From contig CAXXLZ010000002.1 in assembly GCA_963675595.2 (NCBI GenBank), forward strand, positions 1,824,001-1,888,000: a stretch of DNA of 64,000 nucleotides, in the 5' to 3' direction. A program made the translations under genes and the position numbers. Position 1 is the stretch's first letter; every line of letters begins with the position of its first letter. The DNA is from Thermodesulfobacteriota bacterium. GTDB lineage: Bacteria; Desulfobacterota; Desulfarculia; JACQYL01. The notes below the pieces were generated by a model. It was given only the letters and a program-made list of their open reading frames with translations, made no database searches and was not told the DNA's origin. Of the stretch, positions 9,362-17,158 are shown piece by piece.

Positions 9362-9667
9362 TTGGAAACTCCCCTCTCAACTTGCCTATCCGAGTCCCCG
9401 CGTGGAACCCTGATCCGGGTCGTGGTTCAGCCCAGGAGTTCCAAGAACCTCGTGGACGGAGTCTTGGGTGACCGACTCAAGATTCGCCTGACCGCACCTC
9501 CGGTGGAAGGCGAGGCCAACCAGGCCCTAATCGCTTATCTGGCCAAGGCTCTTGGAATCCCGAAGAACGAAGTGATATTGGCTCAGGGAGGAAAATCGAG
9601 AAAAAAGGTCGTCGCGGTTTCCCTTTCCCTGACGGAAACTCAGGCCAAGTTAAGGGCGTTGCTCTAG
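9362..9667 (+). CDS. yggU: DUF167/YggU family protein
   Basis: VQPRSS, LKIRLTAPPVEGEAN and G.KSRKK motifs. Confidence 0.9.
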   Translation: METPLSTCLSESPRGTLIRVVVQPRSSKNLVDGVLGDRLKIRLTAPPVEGEANQALIAYLAKALGIPKNEVILAQGGKSRKKVVAVSLSLTETQAKLRALL

Positions 9668-9785
9668 CCGACGGGAGAAAAACGCGCCCCGTCTCCTCCG
9701 CGCTTCCGCGTCCCCCGTCCACAACATCGTCATGCGCCGATGAACCGTCCCGCCGATACGGCCGGTCCCGGTTCAGTGCCTTGCG

Positions 9786-10577
9786 TCAATTTGTCTTCTT
9801 CAGTTTTTCCGCAACGTTCGGAGGCATCTGCTCCCGGTTGAGGAACAGCTCATAGGAGGCCCCGTCGGGCTCCTCACGGCCGTCCGATCCGTTTTCTTTC
9901 GGGGACCGAATCCCCGACGAGGCGTACCCCTGGGCGGATAGGATTCCTCTGACCCTATCGCTCAGCGTGGACTCCTCAATGCGAATAACGGCGGTCTTGC
10001 GCGTACCCTGGATCACATCTCTCAAGGCATAGGCAAACCCTTCGTCCTTTGGGTTCCTAAGCCTCACCCGATGCTTCGGTATATCCGGAAGCGACCACGA
10101 GGCGTCCTCTTCCGGCCCTTCGAGACGCATTTGACGGACGCCGCCCGATGCGATCACTTCCTGCATACGAGTTCTGGCCAGAGCGCGCTTCAGCAGAACG
10201 CAGACGTCGTTCTCCCCCACGCGTACGCTCAGAGCTCCGTCTTTTACGGAGAAGCCGAAGCCGGCGGCTCGACGAATGATCAAACCCGGATTGATGGCCA
10301 GGTTCAGACTCAAATTGACTTTCCGAATCTGCTCTTCAATGAGGGGCCCGACCTTGTCCTGGGCCACCTCGATCTTCACGCGTTTCACCTCGGACGGATC
10401 CGCGTACTTGCGCCTGAGGTAGTCGATCATGGTCACGATGGCGTCCAGGCAGATTTTGCTAACCAACTCGTCGGCGGCGAGCAAACTCGAATCCGAAAGC
10501 CGCTCTCCTTCCAATCGATCTTCCAACCGCAGGGAAACCGGCGAGGGGCCCGGGCCGGTGGAATCAGCCGCTGCCAT
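9786..10577 (-). CDS. Hypothetical protein (263 aa)
   Basis: Starts 18 nt after the lyase-like gene, with a GGAGGA RBS. No family recognised. Confidence 0.6.
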   Translation of the reverse strand: MAAADSTGPGPSPVSLRLEDRLEGERLSDSSLLAADELVSKICLDAIVTMIDYLRRKYADPSEVKRVKIEVAQDKVGPLIEEQIRKVNLSLNLAINPGLIIRRAAGFGFSVKDGALSVRVGENDVCVLLKRALARTRMQEVIASGGVRQMRLEGPEEDASWSLPDIPKHRVRLRNPKDEGFAYALRDVIQGTRKTAVIRIEESTLSDRVRGILSAQGYASSGIRSPKENGSDGREEPDGASYELFLNREQMPPNVAEKLKKTN

Positions 10578-10595
10578 CCGATCCTCCAGATTCTC

Positions 10596-11891
10596 TCACA
10601 GAAGGTGTTCCAGAAACGGTGAAGGAGGAACCTCCGAAACAAGGGATTCCGCCCTCGATAGTCCCCAATGGCCCGACTGTAAGTAAATGGACAGGGAATG
10701 GAAAAGCATATCCAAGTTTTCTTTCAGCAAGGGTTCTTGAGATTCGCCCGGTTGGGTCAGACGAGAAGCCGCGCGATCCACCAGTTGTTTCACGGACACA
10801 TCCCCACTCCGCAGACCGATCAGATCATCCTTGGGTATCCCCGTGAACTCCTGGATGTTCTTCAATACCGTTTCCATGAGGGCCGGATGAATCCTCAGGT
10901 ATTCGTCCCGAAACAACCGACCGACGCCGAGGAGTCTTGCAATATCTATGCCCGTTTTTACGCCCATGGCTTCCAGCATGACCACCAGGTCTTCCGTCCC
11001 CACCAATCCGCTCAGCAAGTGCTCTTTGTGGTAATACTGACCGGTACCCCGGATGAGAACACCGTCGTGCATGTTGGCGGGTTGCCCCCCGATTCCGCTC
11101 AAAGTGGATTCGAAGCGACGAATTCCCGTCATGAGTGTCGCCATTACGTTGGCTAGACCCATGCCGCGACTGGTGTGAAAGTGCGCCAGATGGTACTTGG
11201 GATCGGCCCACTTGCCCATGTATTCAGGATCCAAAATCATGCTGAAGTACTCGTAGGATCTTTGCGGATCGGCCGAGCCGTCATGATCCGCCTGCTCGAT
11301 ATAAGCCGCGCCCATGTCCAGGTAGATTTTCGAAAACTCAACCCCTTTCTTCAGGTCCGTCACGCGACTGCCCTGCATGGGACTACCCCAGATGGTGCTC
11401 ACCGTCCCGCACATGCCCACGTTTTGTTCCGCAGCCATGCGGATGCATCGTTCCGTCATCTTCCAGTAGTCGTCCAGCTCCATGCCGGAATTGGTCTTGT
11501 GGTGAACAGGATCGGTGGAGACCATCTGCAGCAGATAGTCCGGTCCGAAACCCCGCTTGGTTTTATACTCCAGCGCCCGGTTCACCGCCCGTTCGTTGAT
11601 GGTCACCACGGTAACCCAAACGTTCCCGCCGTTGGCTCTGAGTTTGGAGCCCACCCGCTCGCTGTTGAAGAGCCGGTCCAGCAGCTCCTCGGCGTCCTTG
11701 AACTGGGGCAGGTATTTAGGATGCCCGAAATTGGTGACCTCAATATGTTCCAGTCCCGCCAGCACAAGCTCTTCCGCCAGTCGCACCTTGTCTTCGACGG
11801 GAAAATAATGTTCCAGGGCCTGTAGCCCGTCACGAACCGTAATGTCCCCCACTTCCACCGAGGTGGGTAATGAAAGTCGCTTTTCGGCCAT
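10596..11891 (-). CDS. HMG-CoA lyase-like / pyruvate carboxyltransferase-domain (DRE-TIM metallolyase) protein
   Basis: DITVRDGLQ, HFHTSRGMGLAN, GIGGQP and TEDLV.ML..MG..TGID motifs. Confidence 0.85.
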   Translation of the reverse strand: MAEKRLSLPTSVEVGDITVRDGLQALEHYFPVEDKVRLAEELVLAGLEHIEVTNFGHPKYLPQFKDAEELLDRLFNSERVGSKLRANGGNVWVTVVTINERAVNRALEYKTKRGFGPDYLLQMVSTDPVHHKTNSGMELDDYWKMTERCIRMAAEQNVGMCGTVSTIWGSPMQGSRVTDLKKGVEFSKIYLDMGAAYIEQADHDGSADPQRSYEYFSMILDPEYMGKWADPKYHLAHFHTSRGMGLANVMATLMTGIRRFESTLSGIGGQPANMHDGVLIRGTGQYYHKEHLLSGLVGTEDLVVMLEAMGVKTGIDIARLLGVGRLFRDEYLRIHPALMETVLKNIQEFTGIPKDDLIGLRSGDVSVKQLVDRAASRLTQPGESQEPLLKENLDMLFHSLSIYLQSGHWGLSRAESLVSEVPPSPFLEHLL

Positions 11892-11934
11892 GAGATCGCC
11901 TCCTTCCTGTTCAACGGTCCGCTCGTTCCGCGGC

Positions 11935-13668
11935 TCAGCCTCGAATGGTTCTGGGTAACAGCATCTGGTGATGCGGACAAATGCTCTTGGGCGTTTGATA
12001 TGCAGCTCGAACGAAACTTACGGCATATTCACGCAAGGAGGAAAACGAAACGATTTCGTCCACGAATCCACGCTGCGCACAATAAGCCGGTCGAGACTGC
12101 TCGTAATATTGTCTGGCCAAGGCGTTCATCTTGTCGATGACCGGCCCTATGTCTTTGCCTCCGTCCTTCTCTTTCACGAGTCGCCTAGCGAACGCGGCCA
12201 CAGAAGCGGTTTCTCCGTGCATTACGTAGATTTCCGTGGTCGGCACGCCGAGAGTAAAGGCATTGTTCCGTGTGGCCTGGGGGCCTCCCATGATGTAGTG
12301 AGCCGCGGCGGTTCCTTTCCTCAACACCACGCACATCATGGGAACCTGCGAAGATTCTATGGAATAGATGAGAGACTGGCCCAATCCAAGAAGCTCCGCT
12401 TTCTCCGCGATATCACCCACATCGATGCCGGAGGTATCCTGAAGCCAGATCATGGGTACCCGGTCCCGCCCGCAAAGGGTGACCAACTCGTTCATTTTGA
12501 TCAGGCCCCGACGATACAGCTTACCTCCGATTCCCGTGTAATCGGCATACTCGGGGTAATCCTTACCCAAGAAGCCCTGGCGGTTGGCAATCACGCCCAC
12601 AAGAAAGCCGTCCATCTTGGCCAAACCGCAATAGACTTCAGGACCGTAACCCGGACGATACTCGATGTGCTCGCTGTTGTCCAAGAAACGGCCCAGCACA
12701 TCTTCGATATTGTAGACCAGCTTCTGGTTCATGGGAACGATGTAGTCAATCTCATCGGGAGCATATTTCGGCGGTCTGGGCTCGTCCACCCGGAAGAAAT
12801 CCGGCTCATGACGAGGCATTCCGGACATGCACTTTTTCACCGCATCGAGAACGCCTTCCTCCGTATCGAACTTCTCCCTGAAAAAGCCGGTATGCTCGTA
12901 ATGGACTCCCACGCCTCCGGGGGGAGCCTGTTTGAAGGCGCGGGTAGCTTCGATGATCTGCTCGGCTCCCTCTACGTCGAAAGACCCTTTGGGACTCATT
13001 CCGCTCACGATGCCGCCGCCGCCCACCGCCATGTTGGCTTTCTCGTGAGCAAAAATGATTGCCGGACTGATGGCGTGATACCCACCTCCCGCAGGGTTGG
13101 TTCCGAACACGCCGCAAATCACCGGAATCCCTTTTTGGATCAATTCCGCATGGCGGAAGAAAGTGCGTCCGCCGGACCTGCGCCCCGCGTAGACTTCTTC
13201 CTGCTGAGTCAGCTTGACTCCCGAGCAGTTGAGAATCCAGACCAACGGAATGTTAAGACTTTCCGCAATGTCCTGAGCTCGAAAGATATTCTCCATCTGA
13301 CCCGGAATCCACGCACCCGCCAGGACTTTGTTGTCCGAAGCGATGATGGATGCGTATCGCCCGGAAATCCTGCCGATGCCGTTGATGACGCCCGTACTCC
13401 CTTCTTCATTGGACTCGGGATCGTAAATCGAGTTCAGAGGAAGCCAAGTTCCTGGATCCACCAGTTGCTCGATCCGGTCAAAACCGGTTTGTTCTCCACG
13501 CGATCGAACTTTTTCGGCGGGAATGCCCGCGCTCCTGACCTTCTCAATCACTTTCGCCACCAGGGCGTCCATCTCTCTCACCTGGGAGGCGTTGTCCTTC
13601 ATCTTATCTCGTTGTTTGTCTTTGAGGGGTTGACCAATGGGTGCCATGTTGCGGAAGTACTGTTTCAT
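11935..13668 (-). CDS. gcdA: Glutaconyl-CoA decarboxylase alpha subunit-like carboxyltransferase
   Basis: DNKVLAGAWIPGQ, CSGVKL, GTNPAGGGY, AVGGGG and KGTAAAHYIMGGP motifs; C-terminus SICPHHQMLLPR; length typical of GcdA. Confidence 0.85.
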   Translation of the reverse strand: MKQYFRNMAPIGQPLKDKQRDKMKDNASQVREMDALVAKVIEKVRSAGIPAEKVRSRGEQTGFDRIEQLVDPGTWLPLNSIYDPESNEEGSTGVINGIGRISGRYASIIASDNKVLAGAWIPGQMENIFRAQDIAESLNIPLVWILNCSGVKLTQQEEVYAGRRSGGRTFFRHAELIQKGIPVICGVFGTNPAGGGYHAISPAIIFAHEKANMAVGGGGIVSGMSPKGSFDVEGAEQIIEATRAFKQAPPGGVGVHYEHTGFFREKFDTEEGVLDAVKKCMSGMPRHEPDFFRVDEPRPPKYAPDEIDYIVPMNQKLVYNIEDVLGRFLDNSEHIEYRPGYGPEVYCGLAKMDGFLVGVIANRQGFLGKDYPEYADYTGIGGKLYRRGLIKMNELVTLCGRDRVPMIWLQDTSGIDVGDIAEKAELLGLGQSLIYSIESSQVPMMCVVLRKGTAAAHYIMGGPQATRNNAFTLGVPTTEIYVMHGETASVAAFARRLVKEKDGGKDIGPVIDKMNALARQYYEQSRPAYCAQRGFVDEIVSFSSLREYAVSFVRAAYQTPKSICPHHQMLLPRTIRG

Positions 13669-13671
13669 GAG

Positions 13672-14901
13672 TCAAACCTCCCTGAAGTCAGCTACGGTCT
13701 GTTCCAGTGTCGCCTCAATACCCACGATTAATCGGGAGTCTCTGTACAGGGCGGCATCCGCGTATGTTTCCGCCGCCACGAAGGCGTCCTCCTCGTAGTT
13801 CTCCGGATCCACCCCCGCAAAAAGACCCTCTAATGCCTTGATGGACTGAGGTGCCAAAGGCCTGCCGAGACGAGATAAGTCATCTCCGGCCTCTTTCAAG
13901 GACTTTCCCCACAAGCCGCTGTAATTCATAGGGTCGACGCGTCTTTCCACTTCTCTACGCACCGCCTCTTCGGGTCGCAGGAGTCTTCTCTGAAGTCCTT
14001 CCGCCTTTGGAACCGGGTTTTCGGGAACCGCGGCCTGCTCCAAGGCACGGCCCAGCAACTTTCTTCCCGTCTCATCATTGTTCCTTTCCAACGCCCGCAG
14101 ATATTCGGTTTTGTCCCTCATGGGATCATCGGTTCTCTTCATCCGCGGCAGCGGGTCCGATATCTCCACCAGCTCATCGTAAATCCCGATGTCCTTCAGA
14201 TCCGACGCCCCCACCACGGACGCCGTGGCCGCCATGGCCCGCGCATTCTGCATTCCGGCCTTGGCTATGACGCGCCCCACTCCCGACCAGCCGGGTATCA
14301 GCCCGATTTGGGTTTCGCTGAAGCACATGGCCGAACGCGAATCGCCTACCAGAACATCCGCCATGAGAGCAATCTCGGCCGAGCCTCCAAATCTCGTTCC
14401 ACCGCCGCAGACTCCGATAACTCGGAGCGAACCGGCCAGATCACGAATGATACGGTATAGAGCCAACCCTTTCTCCAAACGGCCGTCGGCCCATCCGTAC
14501 AATCGTTCGATCTCCTCCCTCTTCGCACCACAAGCCTCGAGCTCCGCTCTCTTCTGCTGAGTCTCTTTGAGCTTCGTCCGGCTTTCCTTCAAATCTCCTC
14601 CGGCATGCACCGGATCGTTCGAGCCGTACAAGATGAGGAATTCGATTTCTCTTCGTTTCTCGGACACCGCTTCAAGCGCGCTCAAGTAAGCGTCCAGCCC
14701 CGGGTTTCCCACCTGATGCACCGGTGGATTGCTATAACAGAGCAAGGCACCCCTTTTGCCGCGATATCGTATCAGCGCCCGGTATAGATAAGAGTCGCCG
14801 TATTCCCAGTAGCAGGCCGTATCCTCCAACTGAAGCCCTTCGAGCTGCCTGGAAGCGACCAACCGCATTGGACCGTTCATAGAGCACCACTCCGGTTTCA
14901 C
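13672..14901 (-). CDS. Enoyl-CoA hydratase/isomerase (crotonase) family protein
   Basis: NPPVH, HAGGDL, FGGSAE and FSETQIGLIPGWSG (both catalytic Glu positions present); longer than typical. Confidence 0.8.
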   Translation of the reverse strand: MKPEWCSMNGPMRLVASRQLEGLQLEDTACYWEYGDSYLYRALIRYRGKRGALLCYSNPPVHQVGNPGLDAYLSALEAVSEKRREIEFLILYGSNDPVHAGGDLKESRTKLKETQQKRAELEACGAKREEIERLYGWADGRLEKGLALYRIIRDLAGSLRVIGVCGGGTRFGGSAEIALMADVLVGDSRSAMCFSETQIGLIPGWSGVGRVIAKAGMQNARAMAATASVVGASDLKDIGIYDELVEISDPLPRMKRTDDPMRDKTEYLRALERNNDETGRKLLGRALEQAAVPENPVPKAEGLQRRLLRPEEAVRREVERRVDPMNYSGLWGKSLKEAGDDLSRLGRPLAPQSIKALEGLFAGVDPENYEEDAFVAAETYADAALYRDSRLIVGIEATLEQTVADFREV

Positions 14902-14912
14902 GTTCAGGTTTT

Positions 14913-15350
14913 CTAGTCGGTTCCCATTGTCTCATTGCGGCTCAGGGGCCACTGACCGCGCTCCTGCAAGAGAGACTTGAGCACCTTCAGGCCGGAGTTC
15001 ACCACGGGTATCCCGGCATACACGCCCACTTGAAAAATAGCTTCCGCCAAGTCGTGAGGATCGCATCCCACATTCAAGGCCGCGTGCAAATGAAGTCTGA
15101 GCTCGTCCGTTCTCTCCAAGGCCGTGAGGGCCGCCACGGCGACCATCTGTCGCGTCGGATGGGGCAATCGCTCACGGGCGTACATTTGGCCCGTGATGAA
15201 GAGTGAAAAATCCAATGCCAATCGCTTATCAAAGGACGCCCACAGGTCGAAGGGTCTCTCTCCGGAATACCCGTCGAAATAAAGGTTGGCTGTGACGCTG
15301 GTCTTCTTTTTCAAGGACTTCAGATAGTCGTCCTGCATAAGATGAGGCAC
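14913..15350 (-). CDS. Carboxymuconolactone decarboxylase (PcaC-like) family protein
   Basis: R.MV.VAALTAL, EL..H..AAL..G and E...QV.VYAG.P motifs; no CxxC. Confidence 0.85.
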   Translation of the reverse strand: MPHLMQDDYLKSLKKKTSVTANLYFDGYSGERPFDLWASFDKRLALDFSLFITGQMYARERLPHPTRQMVAVAALTALERTDELRLHLHAALNVGCDPHDLAEAIFQVGVYAGIPVVNSGLKVLKSLLQERGQWPLSRNETMGTD

Positions 15351-15570
15351 TCCATAGCGTTGAGGTCAAGTTTTCGGAGGTGGAAATTCGCAACAAAGAA
15401 AATCATGCGCCGTCTTTCATGGCCGCCCATCGTCCCGGAACGGAACGCCGTCGGCGAACCTTTGAAAAGGAAAACCCGTTTCCTCGAAATCTCCGCACTG
15501 CCGGGGGAATGGAAACCGGCTTACGAGACTCCCCGGAGCCACGGAACATACCGGTATGCGACCTTCAGGC

Positions 15571-15599
15571 AGTCTATGGAGTCCCCCCCTTGTTTTCAA
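15571..15599 (-). promoter_or_regulatory. Putative sigma70 promoter for the CMD-crotonase-gcdA-lyase operon
   Basis: TTGAAA-17 nt-TAGACT on the minus strand, about 220 nt upstream of the first gene. Confidence 0.5.
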
Positions 15600-15855
15600 G
15601 CGAAAGGCGAGAGGCCGGAAGATTGGAACAATGCCTGGAGGTTGGACGAGGCAATGGTTTTTTCAGCGATGATAGAAGAAGGGCGAGGTCTTTTTGTGTG
15701 AGTCCGGGGGCGCCCGAAGTTCGAAAATGTCGACATCGTCGAGCGGAATCGAAGTCTTCGCGGCGGAAGTAGAGGCAGGCACGGTCCCTGCGGTATATGC
15801 ATCCACGGCAATCCATAATTCGGCGGGAAAACCCCGCCCGAGGAATCCTCCGTGA

Positions 15856-16326
15856 TCAGTTCTCCGTCAGAATATGCTCGTCGTATTCGATCTCGAAGTA
15901 AAGCTTGTGCTTCGCTTCCTCCTGTGCCAATTCAAGGAACGTGTCTCTCAGGTCGTCCGTGCCCGCCGCGTTCGCCAAGTCCGAATACAGCTTGAAGGAG
16001 GCTTTTTCCCTCTTCATGGCAACGATCAGGGCGTCCTGGTAATCCATGTTTTCCGGGCTCACACTCTCGTCGCTCACATTCATGTTCTCGAGGTAGTCGC
16101 CGATCTTCAGGTCCATGACTTTCTCATGGAACGGCGGCAGCAGGTTTCCATCACGAACCATTTCGAGTTTGGCCTTGTGGCGTTTCTCCTCTCGCGCGAA
16201 ACTTCGAAAGAGGTCCCGCATATTTGATCTTTCCGCCTTTTCGGCCCATCCGGAGTAGAAATCCACGGCCTCCTGCTCTTTGTCGATGGCAAAGTTGAGA
16301 ATTTCGTTCACGGATTTGAACTCCAT
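15856..16326 (-). CDS. Ferritin-like / rubrerythrin-family diiron protein
   Basis: Two AI..E..A..FY...EE..H repeats (EEKRH, EEAKH); no rubredoxin CxxC domain. Confidence 0.85.
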   Translation of the reverse strand: MEFKSVNEILNFAIDKEQEAVDFYSGWAEKAERSNMRDLFRSFAREEKRHKAKLEMVRDGNLLPPFHEKVMDLKIGDYLENMNVSDESVSPENMDYQDALIVAMKREKASFKLYSDLANAAGTDDLRDTFLELAQEEAKHKLYFEIEYDEHILTEN

Positions 16327-16546
16327 TTCCATTTCTCCCAAAAAGCGAAACCGGCGGTCCACCCCGGCCTCATCGGACATATCGGGGACCCGCCACGCGG
16401 ATTAAGCGATTCGATGAGTGTGCGACCGTTGAAAAGAAAGCGGCACGCCCAACTTCGCCTCTCCCCTCCTGAGGAACGGACGGCCGAGCATTCCCGAATG
16501 AAAGCAAGGGGACAAGAAGGAAGACCGTTATCGAACCCTGATCAAA

Positions 16547-16642
16547 TGGCGGAGAGGGTGGGATTCGAACCCACGTGCCTCGCTCTTCACGAGACAAGGC
16601 GATTTCGAGTCGCCCCCGTTACGGCCACTTCGGTACCTCTCC
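16547..16642 (-). tRNA. tRNA-Ser (anticodon CGA)
   Basis: Acceptor stem GGAGAGG/CCTCTCC followed by GCCA; anticodon arm GGCGA-CTCGAAA-TCGCC; long variable arm; GGTTCGAATCC T-loop. Confidence 0.95.
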
Positions 16643-16695
16643 GCAGGTAGTCGATCTTAGTGTCATGATGCCGTTCGCCGAGACAATTCTCAGTT

Positions 16696-17151
16696 TCAGC
16701 ACCTCTTCATCGCAAAGAAGTCCTTGAGAAGTCTGGAGCATTCCTCTTCGAGAATCCCGGCGACGACTTCGACCTGATGGTTCAATCTCTTATCGTAGAG
16801 CAATCTGTAAAGCGAATCTACGGCGCCGTAAGCGATATCCGCGGCACCGTAGACCAAGCGCCGGACTCTGGAATGAACCATTGCACCGGCACACATCAGA
16901 CAGGGCTCCAATGTTACATAAATCGTACAGCCGATCAACCGGTAATTCCCCAACCGAGCGGCCGCCTGCCTGAGGGCCGTCATCTCGGCGTGGGCCGTGG
17001 GGTCCATGGAGGTCACCGGTGAATTCCTTCCCCGGCCGATCACCTCGCCCGTCGGAGAAACCACCACCGCACCCACGGGGACCTCTCCTTCGGACATCGC
17101 CGAACGAGCTTGGACGAGGGCCTCTTCCATATAATGCCCGTAACCCGGCAA
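16696..17151 (-). CDS. tadA: tRNA adenosine(34) deaminase TadA
   Basis: EVPVGAV, PTAHAE and TLEPCLMC motifs; adjacent to tRNA-Ser. Confidence 0.92.
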   Translation of the reverse strand: MPGYGHYMEEALVQARSAMSEGEVPVGAVVVSPTGEVIGRGRNSPVTSMDPTAHAEMTALRQAAARLGNYRLIGCTIYVTLEPCLMCAGAMVHSRVRRLVYGAADIAYGAVDSLYRLLYDKRLNHQVEVVAGILEEECSRLLKDFFAMKRC

Positions 17152-17158
17152 TGAAACC

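Noticed and set aside
15351-15570. Riboswitch in the long leader of the acyl-CoA operon
   Set aside because: No conserved riboswitch motif recognised by eye; an Rfam scan would be needed.
15574-15816. 80-aa Cys-containing ORF (MDCRGC...)
   Set aside because: No RBS, it overlaps the predicted promoter, and no family is recognised; cannot be supported.
16330-16546. SRP RNA (ffs), often found after tadA-tRNA-Ser
   Set aside because: The conserved SRP domain IV motif was not found.
9668-16560. Genomic island integrated at tRNA-Ser
   Set aside because: No integrase, and I found no duplicate of the tRNA 3' end near the yggU boundary; composition matches the host.
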